From NCBI GenBank assembly GCA_019038705.1, contig JAHOYX010000098.1, forward strand, positions 1-46,171: DNA of 46,171 bases, written 5' to 3'. The position numbers and the translations under genes were made by a program. Below the pieces are notes generated by a model, which made no database searches, had not been told where the DNA came from, and saw nothing but the letters and a program-made list of their open reading frames with translations. The number at the start of each line of letters is the position of its first letter. Within the stretch, counting starts at the first letter, position 1. Positions 37,254-44,822 of the stretch are shown here, piece by piece. Source of the stretch: Spirochaetales bacterium. Lineage in GTDB: Bacteria > Spirochaetota > Spirochaetia > DSM-27196 > SLST01.

Positions 37254-37596
37254 CTCTCCGTTCTCCGCCTTCAACCCGCACGAATACCCGGTTGGGAAGA
37301 CAGGCGGTCCAGTCACCGGTGTTCGCCAGCCACCCGGCGGCGACGCAGATCTTGTCCCGACACGGGCTCTCGGTGACCCGCACACGGTTACCCTTGATCT
37401 CCACGTGGGTGTGTCCAATAGGACCGTCCACTTCAATCACCCGCGTTTCGCTGAGCGGATAGAGGAACTCTCCGCCATCGCTCCGGATGCTCACCCCGGT
37501 CGGGTCCGCGTCGCTTCCGTACGCAAAGACACTCACTCCGACGACAGCCAATATGGCGACGAAGACCGCGACGAAATCCAGCGGACGGAGCTTCAT
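37228..37596 (-). CDS. NusG domain II-containing protein (DUF1312), membrane-anchored
   Basis: It has an N-terminal TM segment. VEIKGNRVRVTESPCRDKICVAAGWLANTGDWTACLPNRVFVRVEG matches the CPDKIC...G...CLP signature of this family. Confidence 0.75.
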   Translation of the reverse strand: MKLRPLDFVAVFVAILAVVGVSVFAYGSDADPTGVSIRSDGGEFLYPLSETRVIEVDGPIGHTHVEIKGNRVRVTESPCRDKICVAAGWLANTGDWTACLPNRVFVRVEGGERRDGVDAQTF

Positions 37597-38864
37597 TGAC
37601 CGGACTTCTCCACCAATCGTTCGATGTCCGAGCCGCTTGGCTGCTGGAATACCTGGAGTTCAAACTCCGGGATGACCGCAAGAAGGTGGTCAAAAATGTC
37701 TGCCTGTATCCCCTCGTAGTTTGCCCAGACTTTGTCGGCGCTGAAGACGTAAATCTCAATTGGAAGGCCGGTTGGACCGGGCGAGAGATGGCGAATGAGG
37801 AAGGTCATCTCCTTGTTGATCATGGGGTGGGCGCGGAGATAAGCCGCGATGTAGGCGCGGAAGGTTCCGAGGTTGGTCATCCGACGGGAGGAGAGAAGGT
37901 CGGCATCATCCAGTCCGCGCTCGGCGTTGTAGGCACTGACTTCGGCCTGTCGTTGTGTCACGTAGTCACGGATCAGCGGGTAGCGTTTTAATCGATCTGT
38001 CATCTCCGGCGTGCAGAACTTCACGGTTCGCATATCTATGTTGATCGCGCGCTTGATCCGTCTTCCGCCGGACTCGCTCATGCCCCGCCAGTTCTTGAAG
38101 CTGTCGGAAACCAGCGAATAGATGGGGATGGTCGTGATGGTCTTGTCCCAGTTCTGGACTTTCACCGTCTGGAGCGTCACATCAATCACGTCCCCATCGG
38201 CGCCGTACTTCGGCATCTCAATCCAGTCGCCAATGTGAACCATATGATTGGAACTGAGCTGAACCCCGGCAACCAGGCCCAGGATCGTGTCGCGAAAAAC
38301 CAGGAGGAGGACGGCACTGAGCGCGCCAATCCCACTCAGGATGCCCACCGGCGACTTGTCCATGATCGTCGTCACGACGAGCACGAGCCCCACGATGTAG
38401 AACAGGATCTTCAGGAGCTGGATGTACCCCTTGATGGGTCGCTGCCTGCTCTGCTGAGCATTGGTCATGTAGATGTCGTTGACCGACTCCAGCACCGCGT
38501 CCAGGACAAGAACCGCCATGGCAATCATGTACGCAATCGAGCCGCGCTGGATTGCCGTGGTCACCCACCCAATCTCGGGGAAGGCCAACGGGTTCATGAA
38601 GTAGACGACGAGGGCCGGTGCAATGTGGCTGAGTCGATTCAGGACCCCGCGGTCATAGATGATGTCGTCCCAGCGCGACCGGGACTTTCGGACGATCCGC
38701 CGGACCACAGTGGATATGATTTTCTTTGCGAGGAAGTTCGACAGTAGACTCAGGCCCACGATGACAATGACGATCGCGACGCGGGCCAGCACGGTTGCCG
38801 GCCGGTCACTCAAGCCCAGCGCCAGAAACCAGCCTTCTGCCAGCGCGGTCACGGTCTGACCCAT
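37593..38864 (-). CDS. ybdG: MscS-family mechanosensitive channel, YbdG-like
   Basis: GDWIEMPKYGADGDVIDVTLQTVKVQNWDKTITTIPIYSLVSDSFKNWRGMSESGGRRIKR and MTNLGTFRAY closely track E. coli YbdG as I recall it. Confidence 0.8.
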   Translation of the reverse strand: MGQTVTALAEGWFLALGLSDRPATVLARVAIVIVIVGLSLLSNFLAKKIISTVVRRIVRKSRSRWDDIIYDRGVLNRLSHIAPALVVYFMNPLAFPEIGWVTTAIQRGSIAYMIAMAVLVLDAVLESVNDIYMTNAQQSRQRPIKGYIQLLKILFYIVGLVLVVTTIMDKSPVGILSGIGALSAVLLLVFRDTILGLVAGVQLSSNHMVHIGDWIEMPKYGADGDVIDVTLQTVKVQNWDKTITTIPIYSLVSDSFKNWRGMSESGGRRIKRAINIDMRTVKFCTPEMTDRLKRYPLIRDYVTQRQAEVSAYNAERGLDDADLLSSRRMTNLGTFRAYIAAYLRAHPMINKEMTFLIRHLSPGPTGLPIEIYVFSADKVWANYEGIQADIFDHLLAVIPEFELQVFQQPSGSDIERLVEKSGQ

Positions 38865-38873
38865 GCCGGCGCC

Positions 38874-39626
38874 CTACCGGCGCCGCTTGTCGCGGATGTA
38901 GATCTGCTTCGCCGCCGAGTTCACGCTTGAACGCTCGTCAATGATGAACAGATCCACTGCCCGAATCAGCTCGCCGAATTTCTTATACCCGTAGTTTCGA
39001 GGATCAAACTCGGACGCCTTGTTCACCACGTTCTGGCCCACCGTTCCCAGGTTCGCCCAGCCGGTCTCGTCGGCAGAGTCTTCTGTTGCGTTTCGCAGCA
39101 AATTGACGAGCCGCGTGTTGCTCTTCAGCTCGCCGGCGGTCGGTCGTTTCGGAGAGGCCTCATCCTTCTCGTCCTTCTCGCCTTTCCGGAGGATCTCGTT
39201 GTAGATGAACCGGTCACATGCTCCCACGAACGCTTTGGGCGTCTTCTGTTCGCCGAAACCGTAGACGGTGAGGCCGGCTTCCCGAATGCGTGCCGAGAGG
39301 CGCGTGAAGTCGCTGTCGCTGGATACGATGCAGAAGCCGTCCATGGCGGCAGTGTAGAGGAGGTCCATGGCATCGATGATCATGGCGCTGTCGGTTGCAT
39401 TCTTGCCCTTCGTGTAGGCAAATTGCTGAATGGGCTGGATTGCATGTTCCAGGAGCTCGTCCTTCCACTTTTTCAGGTGGGGCCCGGTCCAGTCACCGTA
39501 AATCCGCCGCACCGTTGCAATTCCAAAGTTTGCAATTTCCTCGAGAAGACTATCAATAATGGCAGCCTGCGTGTTGTCCGCGTCTATGAGAACTGCCAGT
39601 CGTTTCTGACCGTCGCTGTTTGGCAT
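38874..39626 (-). CDS. NYN (LabA-like) domain protein with C-terminal OST-HTH/LOTUS domain
   Basis: It has LAVLIDADNTQ...RIYGDW...KNATDSAMIIDAMDLLY...FCIVSSDSDFT, followed by a LOTUS-like tail. I chose the start at ATG 39626 (MPNSDG). Confidence 0.75.
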   Translation of the reverse strand: MPNSDGQKRLAVLIDADNTQAAIIDSLLEEIANFGIATVRRIYGDWTGPHLKKWKDELLEHAIQPIQQFAYTKGKNATDSAMIIDAMDLLYTAAMDGFCIVSSDSDFTRLSARIREAGLTVYGFGEQKTPKAFVGACDRFIYNEILRKGEKDEKDEASPKRPTAGELKSNTRLVNLLRNATEDSADETGWANLGTVGQNVVNKASEFDPRNYGYKKFGELIRAVDLFIIDERSSVNSAAKQIYIRDKRRR

Positions 39627-39633
39627 GATCACT

Positions 39634-39662
39634 AGACTACGGAAATGGACGCCATTGTTCAA
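39634..39662 (-). promoter_or_regulatory. Candidate promoter of the NYN-led operon (leaderless)
   Basis: On the reverse strand the arrangement is TTGAAC, a 17-nt spacer, TAGTCT, then 7 nt to the ATG. There is no SD. Confidence 0.35.
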
Positions 39663-39664
39663 GG

Positions 39665-39692
39665 TTGACAGATCCCTGAACAGGCATAATGC
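39665..39692 (+). promoter_or_regulatory. Candidate promoter of the kinase/DUF92 pair
   Basis: A consensus -35 TTGACA lies at 39665-39670, 2 bp from the opposing -35. The -10 is ambiguous within CATAATGC (39685-39692). The ATG at 39702 follows within about 10 nt, and there is no SD. Confidence 0.3.
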
Positions 39693-39701
39693 TTCTGATT
39701 C

Positions 39702-40376
39702 ATGAGTATGAACTGGTGGGGCGTCGTTGTTTCGTTTGGTTTTGTGTTCGCCGTGCTTGGCATTGCCCAGGTGCTGCTGCAGGCTAAGCTTGTCACGGCT
39801 GCGGTCAGCCGCAAGCTGGTCCACATTGGAGTAGCGCACTGGTGGTTCTTTGCCATGTACTTCTTTGATCGCTGGGAATTCGCGATCATCGCCCCAATCG
39901 CATTCGTCCTCATCAACCTGGCCTCCTATCTCTTCCGACTCCTCCCGGCCATGGAGCACGAGGTGCGATCAAAGAATCTGGGGACCGTCTACTTTCCCGT
40001 CTCGCTCCTGATCCTCGTGCTTCTCGGGTGGGTCGGGCCGCTCCCGCCATGGATTGCGGGACTCGGCATCCTGGTTCTGGGCTACGGCGACGGACTTGCC
40101 GCCCTTGTTGGCGAACACTTCGCGCAGCGGACCTTCCGAATATTCGGCAATACCAAGAGCTACCTCGGCACCGCAGTGATGTTCGTTGCATCGGCCGCGG
40201 TCGTGGTGGTGTTTGTGCTTCTGTTTGGCTCGCAGCCCGCCGCCGGGTGGTTGGTCGCGGCCGCCCTCGCAACCGCAGCCGTGGCGACGGCAGTAGAACT
40301 ACTCACCCCGTTCGGGATCGATAACCTGACGGTGCCGGTGCTGGCCTCTCTCTTTTTCTACGCGGTCTTCGCGTGA
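39702..40376 (+). CDS. Polyprenol/phytol/dolichol kinase family protein (CTP-dependent, VTE5-like)
   Basis: It is a multi-TM protein with the GYGDGLAALVGEHF motif typical of this kinase family. Confidence 0.6.
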   Translation: MSMNWWGVVVSFGFVFAVLGIAQVLLQAKLVTAAVSRKLVHIGVAHWWFFAMYFFDRWEFAIIAPIAFVLINLASYLFRLLPAMEHEVRSKNLGTVYFPVSLLILVLLGWVGPLPPWIAGLGILVLGYGDGLAALVGEHFAQRTFRIFGNTKSYLGTAVMFVASAAVVVVFVLLFGSQPAAGWLVAAALATAAVATAVELLTPFGIDNLTVPVLASLFFYAVFA

Positions 40377-41248
40377 CCGTTCGACTGGGATTCCTGTTTC
40401 TCGCAATCGGGCTCAACGCAGCAGTGGCGCTGGTCGCCCGATGGCGACGGTCGGTCTCCCGGAGCGGGGCGGTGGCCGGATTCCTGGTCGGCTCGATCAT
40501 CCTCGTCGCGGGCGGTTTCTCCATCTGGGGCATGTTGATGCTCTTCTTCGTCTCGGCTTCGGTCATCAGCCGCGTGGGCGCAACCGCCAAGGCGGGACTG
40601 GCATCGATGCATGAGAAGGGAGGCGAGCGGGACGCGGTCCAGGTGCTCGCAAACGGCGGGGCCGGTCTGGTGGGATCAATTCTCTTTGCGGCCACCGGCG
40701 AACCGGCATTCGCCGCGGCTGCGGCCGGCGGTTTCGCGGCGGCGAACGCCGACACCTGGGCGAGCGAGCTCGGTGTGCTCAGCCCGACCCCCCCGCGCTC
40801 CGTTGTAGGCCGCAAGGAGCTCCCGCCGGGGGCGTCCGGTGGCGTGACGCGAATGGGCACGCTCGCCTCGGTCGCGGGAAGCGCCCTCATTGCGGTGTGG
40901 TTTGTCGCGTGGGCCTGGGCTCAGCGGACGCCGAGCGGCGGCACGGTCGGTGGGGGCATCGGTGCGGCGCCGGCCCAGGCGGCTCTGCTGGTGATGATCA
41001 TCACCGCCGCCGGCGCTGCCGGCTCGCTGATTGACAGCCTCCTGGGCGCCACCGTCCAGGCGCTCTACCGGACCGAATCCGGGGCGTTGACCGAGAGGCG
41101 CAGGAGCGGTGGAACAGCCAACGCCGTGATCCGCGGCTTCCCGGCTGTGAACAACGATGTTGTGAACTCCATGAGTACAATGGCCGCGGCCGTGATAGCC
41201 GGCGTTGCAACCGAGCTTGCAGGGACGATCGGACTGGCGCTCGCCTGA
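40373..41248 (+). CDS. DUF92 / TMEM19 / VTE6-like integral membrane protein
   Basis: It has RDAVQVLANGG and NADTWASELG, the DUF92 signatures. Its GTG start overlaps the kinase TGA (GTGA). Confidence 0.7.
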   Translation: MTVRLGFLFLAIGLNAAVALVARWRRSVSRSGAVAGFLVGSIILVAGGFSIWGMLMLFFVSASVISRVGATAKAGLASMHEKGGERDAVQVLANGGAGLVGSILFAATGEPAFAAAAAGGFAAANADTWASELGVLSPTPPRSVVGRKELPPGASGGVTRMGTLASVAGSALIAVWFVAWAWAQRTPSGGTVGGGIGAAPAQAALLVMIITAAGAAGSLIDSLLGATVQALYRTESGALTERRRSGGTANAVIRGFPAVNNDVVNSMSTMAAAVIAGVATELAGTIGLALA

Positions 41249-41387
41249 GACCGGCGTGTCTGAGCCGACAGCCGCAGGCAGGTGCCTGGTCTGACCTTCG
41301 GGTGACGACCCAGGGCAAACGCACAACGGCGGGATGAGCGTGCGGCATGCAGGAAGCACGTACAGTGGATGTCTATGTGCGTCTGGC

Positions 41388-42671
41388 TTACCGTGCGACT
41401 TTTCGCGGGTCCTTGAGTCGCACGAACCGCACCTGGTTCCGCCCGTTCTCTTTCGCAATGTAGAGCGCCTTGTCGGCGGCCTGCAGCACGTGTCCGAGCG
41501 GTTGCCTGGCTATCTTGCGGTCGGACAGCCCAATGGATACCGTGACGCCGATGCGCTGCCGCTTCCAGGTTGTGTCAGTCGCCTCGATGGTCGCACAAAG
41601 CCGTTTGGCGAGGGGAATGATGTCCCGACCGGTGCGCCCCGCGAAGAACACAATCAATTCCTCTCCCCCGTAACGACACACGACACCCTCGGGCACAACA
41701 ATCTTCTGGATTGTCTGTGCAATTGAGAAGAGAACACGATCCCCCGCTTGATGCCCGTGGGTATCGTTCACCTGTTTGAAGTGGTCAATGTCTATCATCA
41801 TGATCGCAAGCGGTGGCTTGGTCGAAATGTGGGTCTGCTCGGCCAGAATTCGATTGGAATACTCCCGATTGTAGACATGCAGGAGTGGATCATAGGCTAC
41901 GCGGTGATCCATTCTCGCAAGGATATGGAAGAGGATGCTGACGGAGAGGAACAGCGGCGCCAGGCCGGCATACAAGATGTGAATCAGATCGTCGGAGACG
42001 TGATAGCCCAACTCGCCAAGGAGGGAAGGGAGGATCCACGCACCTCCGGCGAGGAGAGCGAGGCCTGAAAAGGCTCCGCGAAGGAAGAAGCTCTGCGTCG
42101 GGAGCAGAGCGTTGATGACAATGATCGCGACTGTCAGTGTCGCAACCACGACTATCGGGATTGAGATCAGCTCATCCGGTACAAGCACGGACAGCCGGCC
42201 GAACGACGCCGGCATGAATCGAACCACGGCCAGGAAGGCTATCTGCAACCCGACCAGGAGCCGCGTCGTTACCCGCGTCGCCCGATAGGTCGGGAAGGCC
42301 GGGAGCAACGAGTAGGCGTAGGGACCAAGGAGTCCGAACACCAGCATGAGCTGGGCATAACCCGCCGGGGCGATTGGCACGCTGTCGATGAAGAAGGTGT
42401 CAAATCCCCGGACGAGGGCGTAGACAATTCCCTGGATGCCCACGGAGTACCCGGCGAGGTAGACCCGGAGATTCTGCACCCTGGGGTAGGAGACGTGGCC
42501 GGCAGAGAGGACCAGGGCGCCAAGCACGAGCGCAAGTGATGGGAGCACGATCCGCATGGCGATTGTCGGCGGAACCGGGCCGATCCCGACTGCCAGTACT
42601 CCAACGGCGGCGACAGTGAGTGCGGAGAAGGCAAGGAGAGGAGTTCCCCATCGGGCGGTTCTGGCTGTCAT
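41388..42671 (-). CDS. Membrane-bound diguanylate cyclase (multi-TM N-domain plus GGDEF)
   Basis: It has about 8 predicted TM helices. The GGDEF domain contains DIDHFKQVNDTHGH and the active-site motif RYGGEEL. Confidence 0.8.
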   Translation of the reverse strand: MTARTARWGTPLLAFSALTVAAVGVLAVGIGPVPPTIAMRIVLPSLALVLGALVLSAGHVSYPRVQNLRVYLAGYSVGIQGIVYALVRGFDTFFIDSVPIAPAGYAQLMLVFGLLGPYAYSLLPAFPTYRATRVTTRLLVGLQIAFLAVVRFMPASFGRLSVLVPDELISIPIVVVATLTVAIIVINALLPTQSFFLRGAFSGLALLAGGAWILPSLLGELGYHVSDDLIHILYAGLAPLFLSVSILFHILARMDHRVAYDPLLHVYNREYSNRILAEQTHISTKPPLAIMMIDIDHFKQVNDTHGHQAGDRVLFSIAQTIQKIVVPEGVVCRYGGEELIVFFAGRTGRDIIPLAKRLCATIEATDTTWKRQRIGVTVSIGLSDRKIARQPLGHVLQAADKALYIAKENGRNQVRFVRLKDPRKVAR

Positions 42672-42687
42672 GATCGTGCCGAGTATA

Positions 42688-43536
42688 TCAGAGTTGGCGG
42701 CCTGTTCGGAGTTTGTCCAGAAATCGATCCAGTTCCTTGCCTTTCATGCCGGTGAACTCACCAGTACCCGGATCGCCAAGTATCTGCTGCAACGCCCGCC
42801 ACTCTGCGGCAGAAAAACGCACCGACCCGAGGACATGGTTCTCGAAGGAGGCACAGGCGGCAGGGCACACTCGCTTCGTGATTTCGAAGATGGTCGTCGC
42901 ATACGCCCGGATCTCTCGCTGAGCATGCTGATTCATTCGGAGTTTCAGAAACCGAAAGAGATTGTGCAGGTCAATCTGCCAGTACCACTCGGTGTACAGA
43001 CTCAGCGGGAGATTGACGCGGGCAAGCTCGCGCGCCAGCCCTTCATCCAGCAGCGCCGTGTACTCGGCGTACGCTGCCTCCTGCCCGTCGGCCAATCGAT
43101 TTCGAACTGACTCCTGGAGTTCGGCATCTGCGGCGGCCTCGGCACGGCCCTGTTTGTTATCCTCGCTCTGTTCCGATACGTCCTCACCGGCGGGTACGTA
43201 GAACTCGTCCTTCATGACGCTGTACCGGCCGGAAATCTCGTTCAGTCGGGCCGTTCTGTGGCGGACCCACTGTCGAGCGACGAATACCGGCATTTTCGCG
43301 TGAAACGTGAGGACCACCTGCTCAAATGGGGAGGTGTGGTCGTGACGGAGGAGGTAGTCGATCAAACCGGCGTCCTGACGGTGGCTCTTGGTACCCTCCC
43401 CGTAGGAGACCCGCGCGGCCTGGACGATTCGTTGATCACTGCCGAGGTAGTCCACGAGCCGGACAAACCCCTTGTCCAGAACCGGGAACTCCTTGTCCAG
43501 TATCGCGTCTGCTTCCGGAACCGGTGTGTGCGCCAA
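42688..43536 (-). CDS. thyX: FAD-dependent thymidylate synthase ThyX
   Basis: It has the ThyX motif RHRTARLNEISGRYS (RHR-x7-S). I chose the start at TTG 43534-43536 because GGAGGA lies 5 nt upstream. The track start, TTG at 43554, has a poorer SD. Confidence 0.85.
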   Translation of the reverse strand: MAHTPVPEADAILDKEFPVLDKGFVRLVDYLGSDQRIVQAARVSYGEGTKSHRQDAGLIDYLLRHDHTSPFEQVVLTFHAKMPVFVARQWVRHRTARLNEISGRYSVMKDEFYVPAGEDVSEQSEDNKQGRAEAAADAELQESVRNRLADGQEAAYAEYTALLDEGLARELARVNLPLSLYTEWYWQIDLHNLFRFLKLRMNQHAQREIRAYATTIFEITKRVCPAACASFENHVLGSVRFSAAEWRALQQILGDPGTGEFTGMKGKELDRFLDKLRTGRQL

Positions 43537-43604
43537 TGCCGTCCTCCGCCGCAATTATCCCCGGATGCCGGCCGCGGGGCAAACGCACATGCGAGTCTGC
43601 TTTG

Positions 43605-44822
43605 CTACAGGAGTATGCCGCCCTTCATTGTTTTGGTCACAAGGTTTGTGCCAAAGTAGTAGGGCAGTTCTCCGGGTGACTTCACGTCCAGGATTATGAT
43701 ATCAGCCTTCTTCCCCGGTTCCAGGCTGCCCGTTTCACTCTCCCGGTCTATGGCCTTTGCCGCGTCCAGAGTTGCGGCCTTCAGGGCTTCGGCGGCCGTC
43801 AGGCCGCAGAAGAAAACGCCCAGAGCAATCATCATCTGCATTGAGTATGAGGGGCAACTTCCGGGATTGAAATCGGTAGCGAGAGCAACAGGTATGCCCC
43901 TCTCGATGAAGCGCCGTGCATTGGGATAGATCGACGACTGCAGAAAGAAGGGAACCCCTGGAAGAAGGACTGCCACCGTACCAGCTTTGGCCATCAGGTC
44001 CAGGTCATCGTCACTGATGTTCTCGAGATGGTCCGCCGATACGGCGCCCATTGAGGCGGCGAGCCTTGCTGCCCCGAGGTCATTGAACTGGCCCGCATGG
44101 ACTTTGAGTTTGAACCCTGCCTGTGCCGCGGCTTCCAGGAGGAACTCGGTCTCTTCCAGAGAGAAGGCTCCCTCCTCACAGAAGACATCGAAGAATTCTG
44201 CATACCCGGAGAAGGTCTCGAGACTGCTCCCGGCCAGCCAGCGGACGTACTCGTTCCGGTCAGTCTCGGAAGGAATCGTGTGAGCACCGAGATAGGTTGC
44301 AGCTACGTCCAGGGTGTGGTCGGCCGAAAGCTTTCGGACCACCTCCAGCATCTTCAATTCCGTCTCCTCATCAAGACCGTAGCCGCTCTTGATCTCGACT
44401 GTCGTGGTACCGTTGCGTGCCATCCTGTCCAGTCTCTCCATGCCTGCATCAAACAGCTCGTCGGCCGAAGCAGCCCTGGTAGCCCGTACCGTGGAATGAA
44501 TGCCTCCCCCGGATTTTAGAATCTCCAGATACGAGGCTCCCCTGAGTCTCATCTCCATCTCGCCCGATCTTTCCCCGGCGAACACGAGATGAGTGTGACA
44601 GTCCACGAATCCGGGCATGACCAACTGGTTGCCGGCATCAATGATTTCAGGGCACCCGGGATAGATTCGCAGGAGATCCTCGGTCCTCCCGGTTTCAATG
44701 ACGATGCCGTCTTTCACGGCAACAGCCCCGCCGGGCACACCCCCGCTCTCTGCCATGGTGAGAAGCTGCGAGCTGTTGACAATGATCGTATCGACGTGCG
44801 TCGGGCGGTCGATTGCGGTCAT
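43605..44822 (-). CDS. hutI: Imidazolonepropionase
   Basis: It has FVDCHTHLVFAGERSGEMEMRLRGASYLEILKSGGGI and the other HutI amidohydrolase signatures. Confidence 0.9.
   Translation of the reverse strand: MTAIDRPTHVDTIIVNSSQLLTMAESGGVPGGAVAVKDGIVIETGRTEDLLRIYPGCPEIIDAGNQLVMPGFVDCHTHLVFAGERSGEMEMRLRGASYLEILKSGGGIHSTVRATRAASADELFDAGMERLDRMARNGTTTVEIKSGYGLDEETELKMLEVVRKLSADHTLDVAATYLGAHTIPSETDRNEYVRWLAGSSLETFSGYAEFFDVFCEEGAFSLEETEFLLEAAAQAGFKLKVHAGQFNDLGAARLAASMGAVSADHLENISDDDLDLMAKAGTVAVLLPGVPFFLQSSIYPNARRFIERGIPVALATDFNPGSCPSYSMQMMIALGVFFCGLTAAEALKAATLDAAKAIDRESETGSLEPGKKADIIILDVKSPGELPYYFGTNLVTKTMKGGILL

Noticed and set aside
42688-43536. ThyX reads RHRTAR where many homologues have RHRxxS, which suggested a lost active-site Ser.
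   Set aside because: The defining motif is RHR-x7-S. Here RHR, then TARLNEI, then S is intact, so there is no anomaly.
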